NCBI RefSeq assembly: GCF_963921235.1
Contig: NC_086097.1
Location: forward strand, 203,734,001-203,798,000
DNA: 64,000 nucleotides
Reading direction: 5' to 3'
From: Mobula hypostoma
Lineage: Eukaryota
Part shown: positions 1-12,997 of the stretch, in pieces
Layout: each line of letters starts with the position of its first letter
Numbering within the stretch: the first letter of the stretch is position 1
Program-made: the position numbers and the translations under genes
Notes under the pieces: generated by a model
The model's input: the letters and a program-made list of their open reading frames with translations, nothing else
The model's database searches: none
Told to the model about the DNA's origin: nothing

Positions 1-1039
1 AAATACAAGAGGTACAGGTTTCAGAAGTGACCTCAGTCATCCAGTTATGTTATCTGGAAAATCCTTGGATTAAACATTCTGAAAGTTAAATGATTAAGTA
101 TTCAACTTCTGAATTTCAAACTCTTGGAATGCATAAGTAGGAACACAAAGAACCCAGTCTCTAACTGCACTTCAAAGACTGCTCATCGGTACAAATCATT
201 TATTTCCTTAGCCTTTCTTTATTAAAACATATTCATTTATATCTGAAATTTTGATAGGCTTCTCTTCTTTTAACTCTAATAGTGACAACAGATAAAATGC
301 TTGGATTAGATTTTTTGCTGGACTATTGCTGATTCCAAGACCCTCACAAATAAGTTAACTCTGTTTACACCTAGAGAGAATAGGAAGATCTACAAACGCT
401 ATAAGAGTCTGCAACACTAGAACATGCATGAGGAAGAATAGTGGAGTTTGCCTACTTGTTCTAACTGATACTTATTCTTCAATGAGCTTCATTTAAAAAC
501 AGACTTTTGAGCTGTTACCATTTTCTTGGGACCTTAGTATGCAGAATTGGTTAAAAATGTCTGTAAATGTACATTTAATGCATATTCTTTGTTTCCTTTT
601 TGTCAGTCTGACGACTATTGGCTACCATCCACTTGAATTCTAACACTAGGACACTAGGAAATAAGAAGAAAAACTTCTGTCTATCCTGTTCTCTTCCTCT
701 TTCTCTCTCTCTCTCTCCCCTACCTTCTCAGAACTCCAAGGTAGAAATAATGAGTGTACACTAATCACTGATCAGGCAGTTTACAGGTGTCTGTGTACCT
801 ACCACAATCACTCAACAACCCCTCCCTGGGATTTGGTACAGCATTCTCATGGAATGAGTTTAACAAGCAGATTTTAGTCCTGCCACACCTGAATGTCAGT
901 GCAGCAACTGTGGGAAATATTTCCCAGCTGTTGGTAAGGCTTGGCAGAGATGTGAATCAGTGTTCTTTGTGGGGGCTCTTTATTCACCACACCGGTGAAG
1001 GGTCTGCAAATGATTTGATCTGAAACCATTTTTGGCTTT

Positions 1040-1300
1040 CACTCGATCCTGCTTTGCATTCCATCCATTCAGAATTTGGAGTTTTGCAGCAGCAGTAAAT
1101 TGCAATGAATAACAATAATTAAAAACTATAAATTACCATAAGAAATACATACATATAAAAACTAAATTAAGCAAGTAGTGCAAAGAGAGGTAAAAAGACC
1201 ATGAGGTAGTGTTCATGGGTACGTTGTCAGTTCAAAAATCTGATGGCAGACAGGAAGAAGCTGTTCCTGAAACACTGAGAGTCCTCCTCTGCCACTTTAA
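1040..1300 (-). mobile_element. Degenerate Rex1/Babar-type LINE 3' remnant
   Basis: Reverse complement resembles the 3' region at 24830-25225 (TTCAGGAACAGCTTC..., TACTGCTGC.. motifs). Confidence 0.45.
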
Positions 1301-1454
1301 AGTGCTAACACACATTCAGGGTCTGGGAAGTCATTTGTCTCTCTGTTCTCTTTCATTAAGCCTCTTACAGTCTCATGCTGGTATAAATTCTGATATTTAG
1401 CTACATCCTTTTCTTCGCATAAGCACATAAAACACCATACTATTCCTTCTTCTC

Positions 1455-1473
1455 TGTGCGTATGTGTGTGTGT

Positions 1474-1504
<31 letters not shown>

Positions 1505-1530
1505 CATGAGTGTGCTTGTGTGTTTGTGTT
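1455..1530. repeat. (TG)n microsatellite
   Basis: Direct: long, imperfect TG run. Confidence 0.95.
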
Positions 1531-1891
1531 TCTATGTATTAACATATAGCACATTGAACTGTGTCCCATAGAAAGAGGACCTTCAGGTCATGACGCCCAT
1601 GCCAAACATAATGCCAAATTAAACTACATTGATTCTTGTTGTTGAGTAGCTCACCGAGCAGACATTTTGTTACCCAGCTAGGCAACATCATCAGAGCAAC
1701 TTTGAATGAAATGTTGGTGATCTACATTGTTCATCTTGCTGCTCAACCAGACCATCCTCAACCTGAGCTACAAATCTTTTCCTACAATTTTTCTCTCTGC
1801 ACATGCCCCACATCCCTGCATGGCATTTATACATGTGCTGTTGCAAATAGATACGTATGTTTTGGCACATGCAGATATACGCAGTTGCATT

Positions 1892-3558
1892 GTAGTGTGT
1901 GAAGGAAGAGAAGTGGGTGCAGTCACTATTACAAGGGAGAGGGTGCTCAAAAAGCTGAAAGACCTAAGAGTACATAAGTCACCTGGACAGATGAACTGCA
2001 CGCTAGGGTTGTGAAAGAGGTAGCGTTAGAGATTGTGGCGGTATTAGCAATGATCTTTCAAAAATCATTGGACTCTGGCATGGTGCCAGAGGACTGGAAA
2101 ATTGCAAATGTCACTCCACTCTTTAAGAAAGGAGGAAGGCAGCAGAAAGGAAATTATAGACCAGTTAACCTGACCTCAGTGGTTGAGAAGATGTTAGAGT
2201 CAATTGTTAAAGGACGAGGTGATGGAGTACTTAGTGACCCAGGACAAGATAGGACAAAGTCAGCATGGTTTCCTTAAGGGTAAATCCTGCTTGATGAACC
2301 TGTTGGAATACTTTGAGGAGATTACAAGTAGGATGGATAAAGGGGATGTAGTGGATGTTATATATTTGGACTTTCAGTAGGCCTTTGACAAGGTGCCACA
2401 CATGAGGCTACTTACCAAGTTAAGAGGCCATGGTTTTACAGGAGAGTTACTAAGATGGCTAGAGCATTGGCTGATTGGAAGAAGGCAGTGAGTGGGAATA
2501 AAAGGATCCTTGTCTGGTTGGCTGCCAGTGAATAGTGCTGTTCTGCAGGGGTTGGTGTTGGGACCACTTCTTCTTATGCTGTATATAAATGATTCAGAAA
2601 TGGAATAGAGGGCTTTGTTGCCAAGTTTGCAGATGATACAATGATTGGTGGAGGGGCAGGTAGTATTGAGGAAACAGATGGGGCGCAGAAGAACTTAGAC
2701 AGATTAGGAGAATGGGCAAGAATGTGGCAAATGAATTATAATGTTGGAAAATGCATGATCATGCACTTAGGTGGTAGAAATAAATGTACTGATTATTTTC
2801 TAAACGGGGAGAAAATCCAAAACTCTGAGATGCAAAGGGATTTGGGTGTACTTGTGTGGAACACCCTAAAGGTTAAATTGCAGGTAGATTCGGTGGTGAC
2901 GAACACAAATTCAATGTTAGCATTCATTTCAATAGGTCTAGAATACAAGAACAGAGATGTGATGCTGAGGCTTTATAAGGCACTGGTGAGGCCTCACTTT
3001 GAGTATTGTGTACAGTTTTGGGCTCCTCATCGTAGAAGAGACGTACTGGCTTTGGAGAGGGCCCGGAAGAGGTTCACATGATTCCAGGAATGAAAGGGTT
3101 ATCATACTAGGAATGTTTGATGGCTCTGGGTCTGTACTTGCTGGAATTTAGAAGGATGAGGGGGGATCTCATTGAAACCTTTCAAATGTTGAAAGGCCTG
3201 GGCAGAGTAGATATAAAAACGATGTTTCCCATGGTGGGAGAGTCTAGGACAAGAGGGTACAGCCTCAGGATAGAGCGGCATCTATTCAAGATAGAGATGT
3301 GGAGAAATTTCTTTAGCCAGAGGGTGGTGAATTTGTGGAATTCGTTGCCACATGCAGCTGTGGAGGTCAGGTTGTTGGGTGTATTTAAGGCAGAGATTGA
3401 TGTTCTAGATTGGACAAGGCATCAATAGCTACAGGGAGGAAGTTGGGAAATGGGGTTAAGGAGGAGGGAAAAAAAGGATCAGCCATGATTGAATGGCAGA
3501 GCAGACTCGGTGGGCCAGATGTCTTAATTCTGCTCCTATGTCTTATGGTCTTCTGGTC
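1892..3558 (+). mobile_element. 5'-truncated CR1 LINE (ORF2 RT half plus 3' UTR), decayed
   Basis: ORFs 2011-2277 (VPEDWKIANVTPLFKKG..NYRPV), 2641-3081 (LYKALVRPHFEYCVQFW), 3117-3428; KFADDT motif at ~2622-2640; TCTTATGG-type tail. Confidence 0.93.
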
Positions 3559-5620
3559 AATTTACTTTGGCCAACTCCTTTCTCATACCATTGTAATATC
3601 CTTTACTCCAGTGAAATACTGCTGTATCAGACTTTACCTTGTCCCCATCAAATTTCAAGTTGAACTCAATCATATTGTGATCACTGGCTCCTAGGGGCTC
3701 TTTTACCTTAAGCTCCTAATCACCTCTGGTTCATTACATAACACCCAATCCAGTACAGCTGATCCCCTAGTAGGCTAGGGCCATCTCATAGGCATTGAAC
3801 AAACTCACTCTCTTGATTTTTCCAACTGACCTGCATGTTGAAATCTCTCATGACTATCATAACATTGCCCTTTTGACACAGCTTTTCTATTTCCCAGTGT
3901 AATCTTTGGTCCGCATCCCAGCTACTGTTGGGAGGCCTGTATATAACTGTCATCAGGGTCCTTTTACCCTTGCAGTTCCTTAACTCAACCCATAAGGATT
4001 CAACATCTTCCAATCCTAGGTCACATCTTCCTAATGCTTTGTTGACATTCTTTACCAACAGAGACACGCCACCCCACTGCCTACTTCCCTATCCCTCCAA
4101 TACAACATTTAACCTTGGAGATTCAGCTCCCAACTACAAATATCCTTCAGCCACAATTTAGTAATGGTCACAACATCATACCTGACAATCTGCAATAATG
4201 CAACAAGATCATCCACCTTATTTCTTATACTCCATGCTTTGAGATATAACACTTTGAGTACTGTATTTGCTACCCTTTTTGATTCTGCATCCCTAATGTA
4301 CTGGTATTCACCCTGCTGGCTGCAATTTTGGCCTATCATCTGCCTGCCCTTCCTGACAGTCTGACTTCATGCATCTTTGCTTTTTTACCATCCATCCTAT
4401 CCTGAGTGCCTTCACTCCGGTTCCCATAACACTGCCAAGTTAGCTTAAACCCTCCCCAACAGCTCTAACAAACCTGCCCACTGGAATATTGGTCCCCCTC
4501 AGGTTCAGGTGCAACCTTTCCTTTTTGTACAGGTTATATCTCCCCTAGACGAGATCCCAATGATCCAAGAAACTGAAGCCTTGCCCCCTGCACCAGCTTC
4601 TCAGCCACGCATTTATCTGCCAAATCATTCTGTTTCTTCTCTCACTGGCGCATGACATAGGTAGCAATCTAGAAATTACTGCTGTGGAGGTCCTGCTTTT
4701 CAGCTTTCTAACTAACTCTCTAAATTCTCTCTTTAGGACCTCTTTGCTTTTCCTTCTTATATCATTAGTACCAATGTATACCAAGACATCCGGTTGCTCT
4801 CCTTCCCTCTCCAAAATGCTGTGGATGCAATCGAAGACATCCCTGACCCTGGCACCTGGGAGGCAATATTCCATCCGGGTGTCCCATTCACGTCCACAGA
4901 ACATCCTGTCTGTTCTTCTGACTCAATAGAGTCCCCTGTCACTACTGTTCCCCTCTTCTCCCTCTTTCCCATCCACGCCACGGACCCATGCTCAGTGCCA
5001 GTAACTTGGCATTCCTATGGTAGGTCATCCCCACAATACTATACAAAACAGTGCGCTTACTATTGAATGGAATGGACACAGGGGTGTTCCATGCTAACTA
5101 CCTATTCACCTTCCCATACCTTCTCCTCACAGTCACCCAGCTATCTGCCTCCTGCAACTTAGGGGTGACTATATCCCTGTATCTCCCGTACAAGCTGAAG
5201 GTCATCCAGCTGCTGCTCCAGATCCCTAACACAGACTTCAAGGAGCTGCAGCCAGCTGCACTTCACACGGATGTAGTTTCCTGGGAGACTCTCCAACATC
5301 CAGCATGAAGAACACACAATGGCCATTTAAACCTCACTAAGCACCCCCGACACAGTAAGCAAAAAAGGGAAACTTAACAGAAACTTTCCTGGACAACTTA
5401 GCCAAAGCCATCGCCTCTTCTGAGCCGGAGCCTCCTTTGGGCCAAAGCCTGACACTCCCACTCTCACCACTAGCCCTCTCCCAACAATGACCGCTCAGTT
5501 TGTCCCTTCTGTACTTTTATTTGTTTCTCTCCATGCTGCTCCCACCACTGATTGGACCACTGTAATGACACCGAATGCTTGCAAAGCTCTCCTTTCCAAC
5601 GAGTGCCACCGACCAATGAG
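3559..5620 (-). mobile_element. CR1 LINE 5' half (5' UTR, ORF1 with SGNH/GDSL esterase, start of APE endonuclease), 3'-truncated
   Basis: ORF 4545-4904 (CLPGARVRDV..VYIGTNDI..FLDHW), ORFs 4109-4339 and 3786-4067 (YLKAWSIRNK; VIYRPPNS). Confidence 0.88.
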
Positions 5621-7099
5621 TAACCTCCTAGCTGTGTGAAGATATGGCACTAACACTATAGAATCACAAGCTGATCATAAACAAACTGGAAGCACTCCCA
5701 TGAAACTGGATCTTTTTGGTGTAGCAAAAGGAATTTTGAGAAAAAATCTGTGGCAGCTAATTGTAAACAGGTGCATGTTTCTCTGCCAGACACCAACCTG
5801 CCAAAACACGTCATGCTTCAGGTGGGCCTTACCTACACATAGGTGTGATACGTGCCTGGTAATGAAGCCTCCAGTAGAGGCTAAGCTTTGTGATATTGTG
5901 TCTTCAGATCACTCACAGAGCTCCAAAAACACAAATTGTTCTGTGTGATATGTTTCAACATGCTGTAAGAATTATGAGAACTGATTTATGGCTTTAGCAA
6001 AGGTACTTAATCCCGGACTGATTTTCCACCTGAAAGTGCAGCAGCATGTTTTCTGTCACAAAAAAATTCCCTAGTACATTCAGTATCATTAATTTAAGGC
6101 TAACTTCAAAAATGCGGTACAAGTAAATAAAAAATTTTTAATCTTCACAAGCACAAATAAAATGCACAATGATTCTGCAGAAATTACTTGGTTAACAAAG
6201 CTGTATTAAAATAATAGCCAGTTCTGGAATATGCCTTACTAATGAAACTCATGAAGCTGAGTAACGAATGAGTTGAATAAAATTCCAATTTGCATTGCCT
6301 GATTAGTTGTTGCGTTTCTGATCAGTGTTGAGGAAGATTAAAGGAGGAGAGGAAAGCAATATTTTTTCAATTAGCTTTCTGAACGTGAAGGAAGCCATTT
6401 GGTCTCCTATTATTGGATTCAAATGTGGGGATATATACTGGCGGATTGAAATGCTGAATCGTGAATATTGAGGATTATGAAGGAGACTGTCTTCCCAGCA
6501 GGAATATGTAAAATTTAAGGAGCACACCAACTAGCAATGACTTGCTGCCTTCAAACCAAAAATTTACGAAAACCATTTGCAAGCCCTGTGAACCGGCTCT
6601 CAGTATGCTCTCCTGGTACAGAATGTATCGCAGTATCAGTGGGATCAGGACTAAAGTAAAAGGAAAATAAAGATAATTTATTGAGATTTTGTTATAAATA
6701 TCTTATGGAATCAAAGAAAAAGAGCCCTGAAGTTGCGGTCTTGCAACATAACACACTAAATGCCTTAAGATACTTTACCTTAAATTACTAACTCTAAAAT
6801 GGCAGGATTTGTTGGCAAATTCCACAAACATAATTTTATTGAGTAGTTGACTGCGTGAAATGTTTAGAACTTGGAATGTTCCTTTGTGTGTAATCTTGAG
6901 GTCTTTATTTCCTTAAGGATTAGATATGAGTGACTTGTCCAAGTATTGTATTGCCAATGTTCCCCTAGCTCAGAAGAAAATAGCAGTGGTTAATTTCTTA
7001 GCCAAAAGGCCAGCTGGCTTGGATTCTTCAGGCTTCTGTGACTGACATTGATGTATCTGCAATGCAATGGTGCATTGAATGTATTAACATTTTCTGAGA

Positions 7100-7962
7100 T
7101 GACGTAGAAAATGGGCGGAGAAATGGCAGATGGAGTTTAACCCAGCCAAATGTGAAGTGTTGCACACATTTGTAGGTCAAATGCAAAGAGATAGTACACT
7201 GTTAAAGTTAAGATCCTGAGCAGTGCTGATGAGCAGAGGAATCTTGAGGTCCAAGTTCATAGCCCCCTGAAGGTGGCTATACAGGTTGATAGGGTGGTTA
7301 AGGAGGCTTATGGCATGCTTGCTTTATTAGTCACGGCAATGCATTCAAAAGTCAGGAAATTATGTTGCAGCTTTATAAAACTCTAGTTAGGCTGCATCTG
7401 GAGTATTGCATACAGTTCTAATCTCCCCATTAAAGGAAGGGTGTTGGGACTTTGGAGAGGGTGCAGAAGAGGTTTACCAGTAAATTGCCTGGATTACAGG
7501 CTGTGTGGTATTACGAGAGACTGAAAAAACTTGTGATGTTTTCTCTGGAGCACCAGCAGCTGAGAGGAGATCTGATAGAGGTTTATAAGATTATGAGAGG
7601 CATAGATAGAGTAGAAAGACAATACATATTTTTCCAAAGGTTGAAATGCTGTATACCAGAGGACATGCTTTTAAGGTGATAGGGAGTAATTTCAAAGGAG
7701 TTGTGAGGGGTAAGTTTTTTTACACTAAGAGTGGTGGGCACCTGGGATGCACTGTCTGGGGTGGGAGTAGAACACACACTTTAGAGACTTTTAAAAGACG
7801 CTTAGAGAGGCACATGACTGAGAGGAAAATAGAAGAATATGGACATTTTGCAGGCAGAAGAGATTAATTTAGTTAGCTATTTGATTACTAATTTAATTGG
7901 TTTGGCAAAATATTGTAGAACGATGTCCTGTTCCTGTGCTGTATTGCTCTACGTTCTATGTT
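7100..7962 (+). mobile_element. CR1 LINE 3' fragment
   Basis: ORFs 7452-7679 (ERVQKRFT..LRGDLIEVYKIMRG) and 7646-7867 (TRGHAFKV..FFY); CCTGTTCCTGTGCTGTA 3' motif. Confidence 0.88.
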
Positions 7963-8004
7963 AATATGGTGTGGTGGTCAAAACTGATACTGAATTCTGC
8001 GCCG

Positions 8005-8222
8005 CAAATAAGAGAAAGAGTGCAGATACTGGAAATCTGAGCATCACACACATAATGCTGGAGGAACTCAGCAGGTCAGGCAGCATCTACGGAAAAGAGT
8101 ACAGTCGACGTTTTGGGCAGAGACCCTTCAGCAGGACAAAGGACCTCACCCCAAAACATCGATTGTACTCTTTTCCATAGTTGCTGATTAGCCTGCTGAG
8201 TTCCTACAGCACTTTGTAGGTG
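8005..8222. mobile_element. Older palindromic Penelope-derived short element (fold-back of PLE 3' end)
   Basis: GGAACTCAGCAGG..GGAAAAGAGTACAGTCGA is mirrored by ATCGATTGTACTCTTTTCC..CCTGCTGAGTTCC; homologous to the 3' end of 20306-24004. Confidence 0.75.
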
Positions 8223-8763
8223 GTGCCTGAATTGCGTGCTGACCAACCATACCTCAGCTGCTCCTACACTTCTTCTGGATAGATTGTAATTAGATCTTCA
8301 GATCTCTTCAGAAGGTTGTTTGTATGAATTGTTAAAATTATCACAGGATCTTGGTTTTCACTTGCCATACTATGCACTAGTAGTTTTACTCTGCGACCTT
8401 GCAATTAGTAATGCATTACAGAGACATAGAAGACTAATCTGAATCCAGCTAATAAACTAAATGCTATTAATTCATTTGTTCTCATCCTATCGGTCATATT
8501 CCCTTGATTTTAGCTACCCCTCCCTTGCCTCCTCTCCTTTTACATTCTAACTTGTTTTCTCTTTTTCAGAGTTCTTTTGAAGATTTCCACACCTGAAACG
8601 TTTAAGCTGTTTCTGATACTGCCTGTCCTGCTGAGGGATTCCATAATTTTCAATTTTTATTTCAGATTTCCTGCATCTGCGTTTTTTAGGTTTTCATTTG
8701 TTTAGCTTAGGCCATAAAATGTTATTCATGTCTTATAAATCACAGAGTCACTGTTTCCTATGT

Positions 8764-9070
8764 GTGGCCAAGTGGCCAAGTGGTTAAGGCATTGGACTAA
8801 CGACCTGAAGGTTGTGAGTTCGGGCCCCAGCCGAGGCAACATGTGTTGTGTCCTTGAGCAAGGCACTTAATCACACACTGCTCTGTGATGACACTGGTGC
8901 CAAGCTGTATGGGTCCTTCCCTTGGACACCAACATTGGTGTCATGGAGAGGGGAGACTTGCAGCATGGGCAACTGCTGGTCTTCCATACAACTTTGCCCA
9001 GGACTGCACCCTGGAGAGTGAAGACTTTCCAGGCACAGATCCATGGTCTCACAAGACTAACAGATGCCTT
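8764..9070 (+). mobile_element. tRNA-derived CORE-type SINE
   Basis: A box TGGCCAAGTGGTTAAGG, B box GAGTTCGGGCC, then CORE-like TGTGTCCTTGAGCAAGGCACTTAA; 3' body resembles 20195-20290. Confidence 0.75.
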
Positions 9071-9245
9071 GTAAAAAGACTGTTTCCTATGTCTGCTTTC
9101 CAAAAATACAACCAAGAAAAACAACGCGTTCAATGCTCCTCTTTATCATCAAAAAGAGAACAATACATAACAGAATTAGAGATGGTTCTCACACAGAAGA
9201 TCTCCTGCCCTTTCCCCCTTAAATACAAATTTTGTTTGGTCAGAT

Positions 9246-9560
9246 GGGGCAGTATACTGGAGCATCTAGTCTGTTGCATTTCAGCATCAAGAACCTGCGA
9301 TCAATCCTTGCTTGCGGTCTGCTCGGAGTTTGCGCATTTTCTATGTGACTGCATGGTTTCCTCTGAGTGCTCTGGTTTCCGCCCTTATCCCACAGCTGTG
9401 TATGCCGATCGGTTAGTTGACTGCTGTAAGCTGTCTCTGGAGCGTAAGTAGGGTGAGCTGAACAGAATGTGGGGAGAATAAAATGATTTGTGTAAATGAT
9501 TAATTAATAGTATGTGTGAGTTACTGGGCTGAAGTGGCTGTTTCTGTGTGGTATCGAACT
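9246..9560 (+). mobile_element. Degenerate V-SINE (HE1-like) with CR1-type tail
   Basis: V-domain-like GTCTGCTCGGAGTTTGCGCATTTTC..GGTTTCCTCTGAGTGCTCTGGTTTCC; 3' GGGCTGAAGTGGCTGTTTCTGTG resembles CR1 3' end. Confidence 0.65.
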
Positions 9561-9569
9561 CTCCCTGTG

Positions 9570-10250
9570 GCTTATATACTTATTCAGCTCCTTTTTAAAC
9601 TGTACGGCTGAATCTGCCTCCACCATTCTAGATGACGAACATTTGCATTTATTCCGTGTCAATTCTGAAGTTTTGCCATTACCTTCACTCTACTTTCACT
9701 GCTGTGTAATCCCACCATCAAGAGGAAGCGTTTCTTCATCAACTCTATCCATGCTCTTTGTGATTTTAAGTCTATCAGATCTCCCTGCAACCTTTCCTGT
9801 TGGAAGAAGAATAGACACACTCTCCTCAGTCTACCAACATACCTGAGGTTCCTCATACTTGGAACTATTTTGATAAATTGATGCACTCTCACCAAAATCT
9901 TTACATTCTTTCTTAAGTTGTGGCCAAATCAGTGTCTTATAAAGATTCATCATAAGTTCATTTATTTTGTTCTCTGTGCTTCTACTAATAAAGCTATGAT
10001 CCCATTTGTTTCTTAACATTGCCAGTCACATTCAACAGATTAAACACATATATCCTGAGATCAAATTGTTTTTGTACTTCTTTTAAAATTGTGTTGTATA
10101 GTTTACATTTCCTCTTTTAATTTTCTAATCAGCATTAAGTTTCATTAGTTGCCCATCAGCCCACACTACCAACGTTACATATTGGTTTGAAGTCGAACAC
10201 TATCCCTTGCACAATTCATCAAACCTTCAGGCTTTGAGTCACCTGTATAA
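9570..10250 (-). mobile_element. Highly decayed CR1 3' fragment
   Basis: ORFs 9659-9895 (RLQGDLI) and 9831-10019 (LYKTLIWPQL). Confidence 0.65.
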
Positions 10251-10933
10251 ATGAAAGTTGGATCATCTTAAGGCAATTACTGCAGTTTGGAATTCAGATT
10301 ATACTCATTAACAGATACAGCTTTGCCATTTTAATCTCATGAAGTAATGTCTTGCAATTTGGGTGATCTATTCTTCTGAGCAAGTTGTATTAGAAGTACA
10401 ATTTGAAACACTATTTGTTGAAGCAATTCAGCCAAGTTGAAAACTTCCTATTTATAAGATCTGTGAATCTCTGACTGATGTCTGTAAGGACTTAAAGGTT
10501 CCATATTTAGAAATAAAGAGTTTCCACTTCTGCATTCTGGAAATTTTCATTTAATTTGACATAAGAATCATTAAATTGTTGAAAAGAGGAACTATGAATG
10601 CTGCAAATGAAAAAAAGGAACAGAGACATAGAAAATATACTAATGTAAACGAATTTTTAGTAGGTACTACAATACTTTTATTGAATTTTTTATGATGTGT
10701 TATAGGATTTTATTAGATTAAGTGGGAAAACTTCAACAACCTACAGAAATTTTAATAACATTACTTACCTCTAATAGGAGGCAGCACTGACAGGACTAAT
10801 ATAATAATATAGTATTCTTTTAAGTATGTGAGATATTTTTTTGCACGAGGTAAAAAAAGGTTCTATTTGTGGTAAAGTCCAAAATCCAAAATCAGGGGCT
10901 ATAAAAGTCAAATATATATTCAGTAAGAAATAA

Positions 10934-12997
10934 TAAGACCATAAGAAATAGGAGCAGAAGTAGGTTATTTGGACCATCGAGTCTGCTCTGCCATTCAATC
11001 ATGGGCTGGTCCAATTCTTCCAGTCATCCCCATTCCCCTGCCTTCACCCCATACCCTTTGATGCCCTGGCTAATCAAGAACCTGTCTATCTCTGCCTTAA
11101 GTACATCCAATGACTTGGCCTCCACAACCGCTCGTGGCAACAAATTCCACAGATTTACCACCCTCTGACGAAAGTAATTTCTCCGCATTTCAGTTCTAAA
11201 AGGATGTCTTTCAATCCTGAAGTCATGCCCTCCTGTCCTAGACTCCCCTACCACGGGAAATAACTTTGTCATATGGAATCTGTTTAGGCCTCTTAACATT
11301 CTGAATGTTTCCATGAGATCCCCCCTCATTCTCCTGAACTCCAGGGAATACAGCCCAAGAGCTGCCGGACATTCCTCATACAGTAACCCTTTCATTCCTG
11401 GAATCATTTTCATGAATCTTCTCTGAACCCTCTCCAATATAAGTATATCCTTTCTGAAATAAGGAGCCCAAAACTGCACACAATACTCCAAGTGTGGTCT
11501 CATGAGTGCCTTATAGAGCCTCAACAACACATCCCTGCTCTTATATTGTATACCTCTAGAAATGAATACCAACATTGCATTTGCCTTCTTCACAACTGAC
11601 TCAACCGGGAGGTTAACCTTCAGCATATTTTGCACAAGGACTCCCAAGTCCCTTTGCATTTCTGCATTTTGAATTTTCTCCCCATCTAAATAATAGTCTG
11701 CCGTTTACTTCTTCCACCAAAGTGCATGACCATACACTTTCCAACATTGTATTTCATTTGCCACTTCTTTGCCCATTCCCCTAAACTATCTACGTCTCTC
11801 TGCAGGCTCTCTGTTTCCTCAACACTACCTGCTCCTCCACCTATCTTTGTATCATCGGCAAATTTTGCCACAAATCCGTTGATACTGTAGTCCAAATCAT
11901 TGACATACATCGTAAAAAGCAGTGATCCCAACACCGACCCCTGAGGAACTCCACTGGTAACCAGCAGCCAGCCAGAATAGAATCTCTTTATTCCCACTCT
12001 CTGTTTTCTGCCGACCAGTTAATGCTCCACCCACACTAGTAAATTCCCTGTAATTTCATGGGCTCTTATCTTACTAAGCAGTCTCACATGTGGCAACTTG
12101 TCAAAGGCCTTCTGAAAATCCAAGTACACAATGTCTACTGCATCTATTTGCCTACCCTGCTTGTAATTTCCTCAAAGAATTGCAGTAGGTTTGTCAGGCA
12201 AGATTTTCCTTTCAGGAAACCATGCTGGCTTTGGCTTATCCTGTCATATGCCTCCAGGTACTCCACAATCTCATCCCAAAAAATCGATTCCAACAACTTC
12301 CCAACCACTGATGTCAGGCTAACAAGTCTATAGTTTCCTTTCTGCTGCCTCCCACCTTTCTTAAATAGCAGAGTAACATTTGAAATTTTCCAGTCGAATT
12401 CCTGAAAGATCATTGTTAATGTCTCCGCAACCTCTCCAGCTACTTCCTTCAGAACCCGAGGGTGCATTCCATCAGGTCCAGGAGATTTATCCACCCTCAG
12501 ACCACTAAGCTTCCTGAGCATCTTCTCAGTCGTAATCTTCACTGCACAAACTTCACTTCCCTGACACTCTTGAATGTCCGGTATACTGCAGACGTCATCC
12601 ACTGTGAAGCCTGATGCAAAATATGCATTCAGTTCCTTTGCCATCTCTGCATCTCACATTACAGTATTTCCAGTGTCATTTTGTATTGGTCCGATATCTA
12701 CCCCCGACTCTCTTTTACCCTTTCTATACTTAAAAAAGCTTTTAGTATCTTCTTTGATATTAGTCGTTGGCTTCCTCTCATAATTCATCTTTTCCTTCTG
12801 AATGAACTTCTTAGTTTCCTTCTGCAAGTTTTTAAAAGCTCCCCAATCCTCTATCTTCCCACTACCTCTGGCTTCCTTGTATGTCCTCTCTTTTGCTTTT
12901 ACTTTTGCTTTTACTTTGGCTCTGACTTCACTTGTCAGCCACAGTATTATCCTTTATCCCTTTGAAAATTTCTTCTTAGTTGGAATATATCTGCCTT
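10934..12997 (-). mobile_element. CR1 LINE copy A (RT and 3' end); continues at 18149-18330
   Basis: ORFs 11024-11659, 11686-11997 (SGVPQGSVLG..KFADDTK), 12144-12644; AGACCATAAG tail at ~10936. Confidence 0.93.

Noticed and set aside
1892..5620. Twin-priming inversion of a single CR1
   Set aside because: The pieces are tail-to-tail with the 3' tail at the junction, opposite to twin-priming geometry; two elements plus deletion is simpler.
8764..8835. Functional tRNA gene
   Set aside because: No convincing acceptor stem or terminator, and it runs directly into a CORE-like SINE body.
8885..9451. 188-aa ORF as a host gene
   Set aside because: Spans two unrelated SINEs and the spacer between them; no recognisable domain.
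10769..10786. Minus-strand 18-nt microexon (VLPPIR, reminiscent of LAR-family PTP mini-exon ..PIR)
   Set aside because: The donor is perfect (AG|GTAAGT) but the polypyrimidine tract is poor, the match is only three residues, and no other exon of such a gene is seen.
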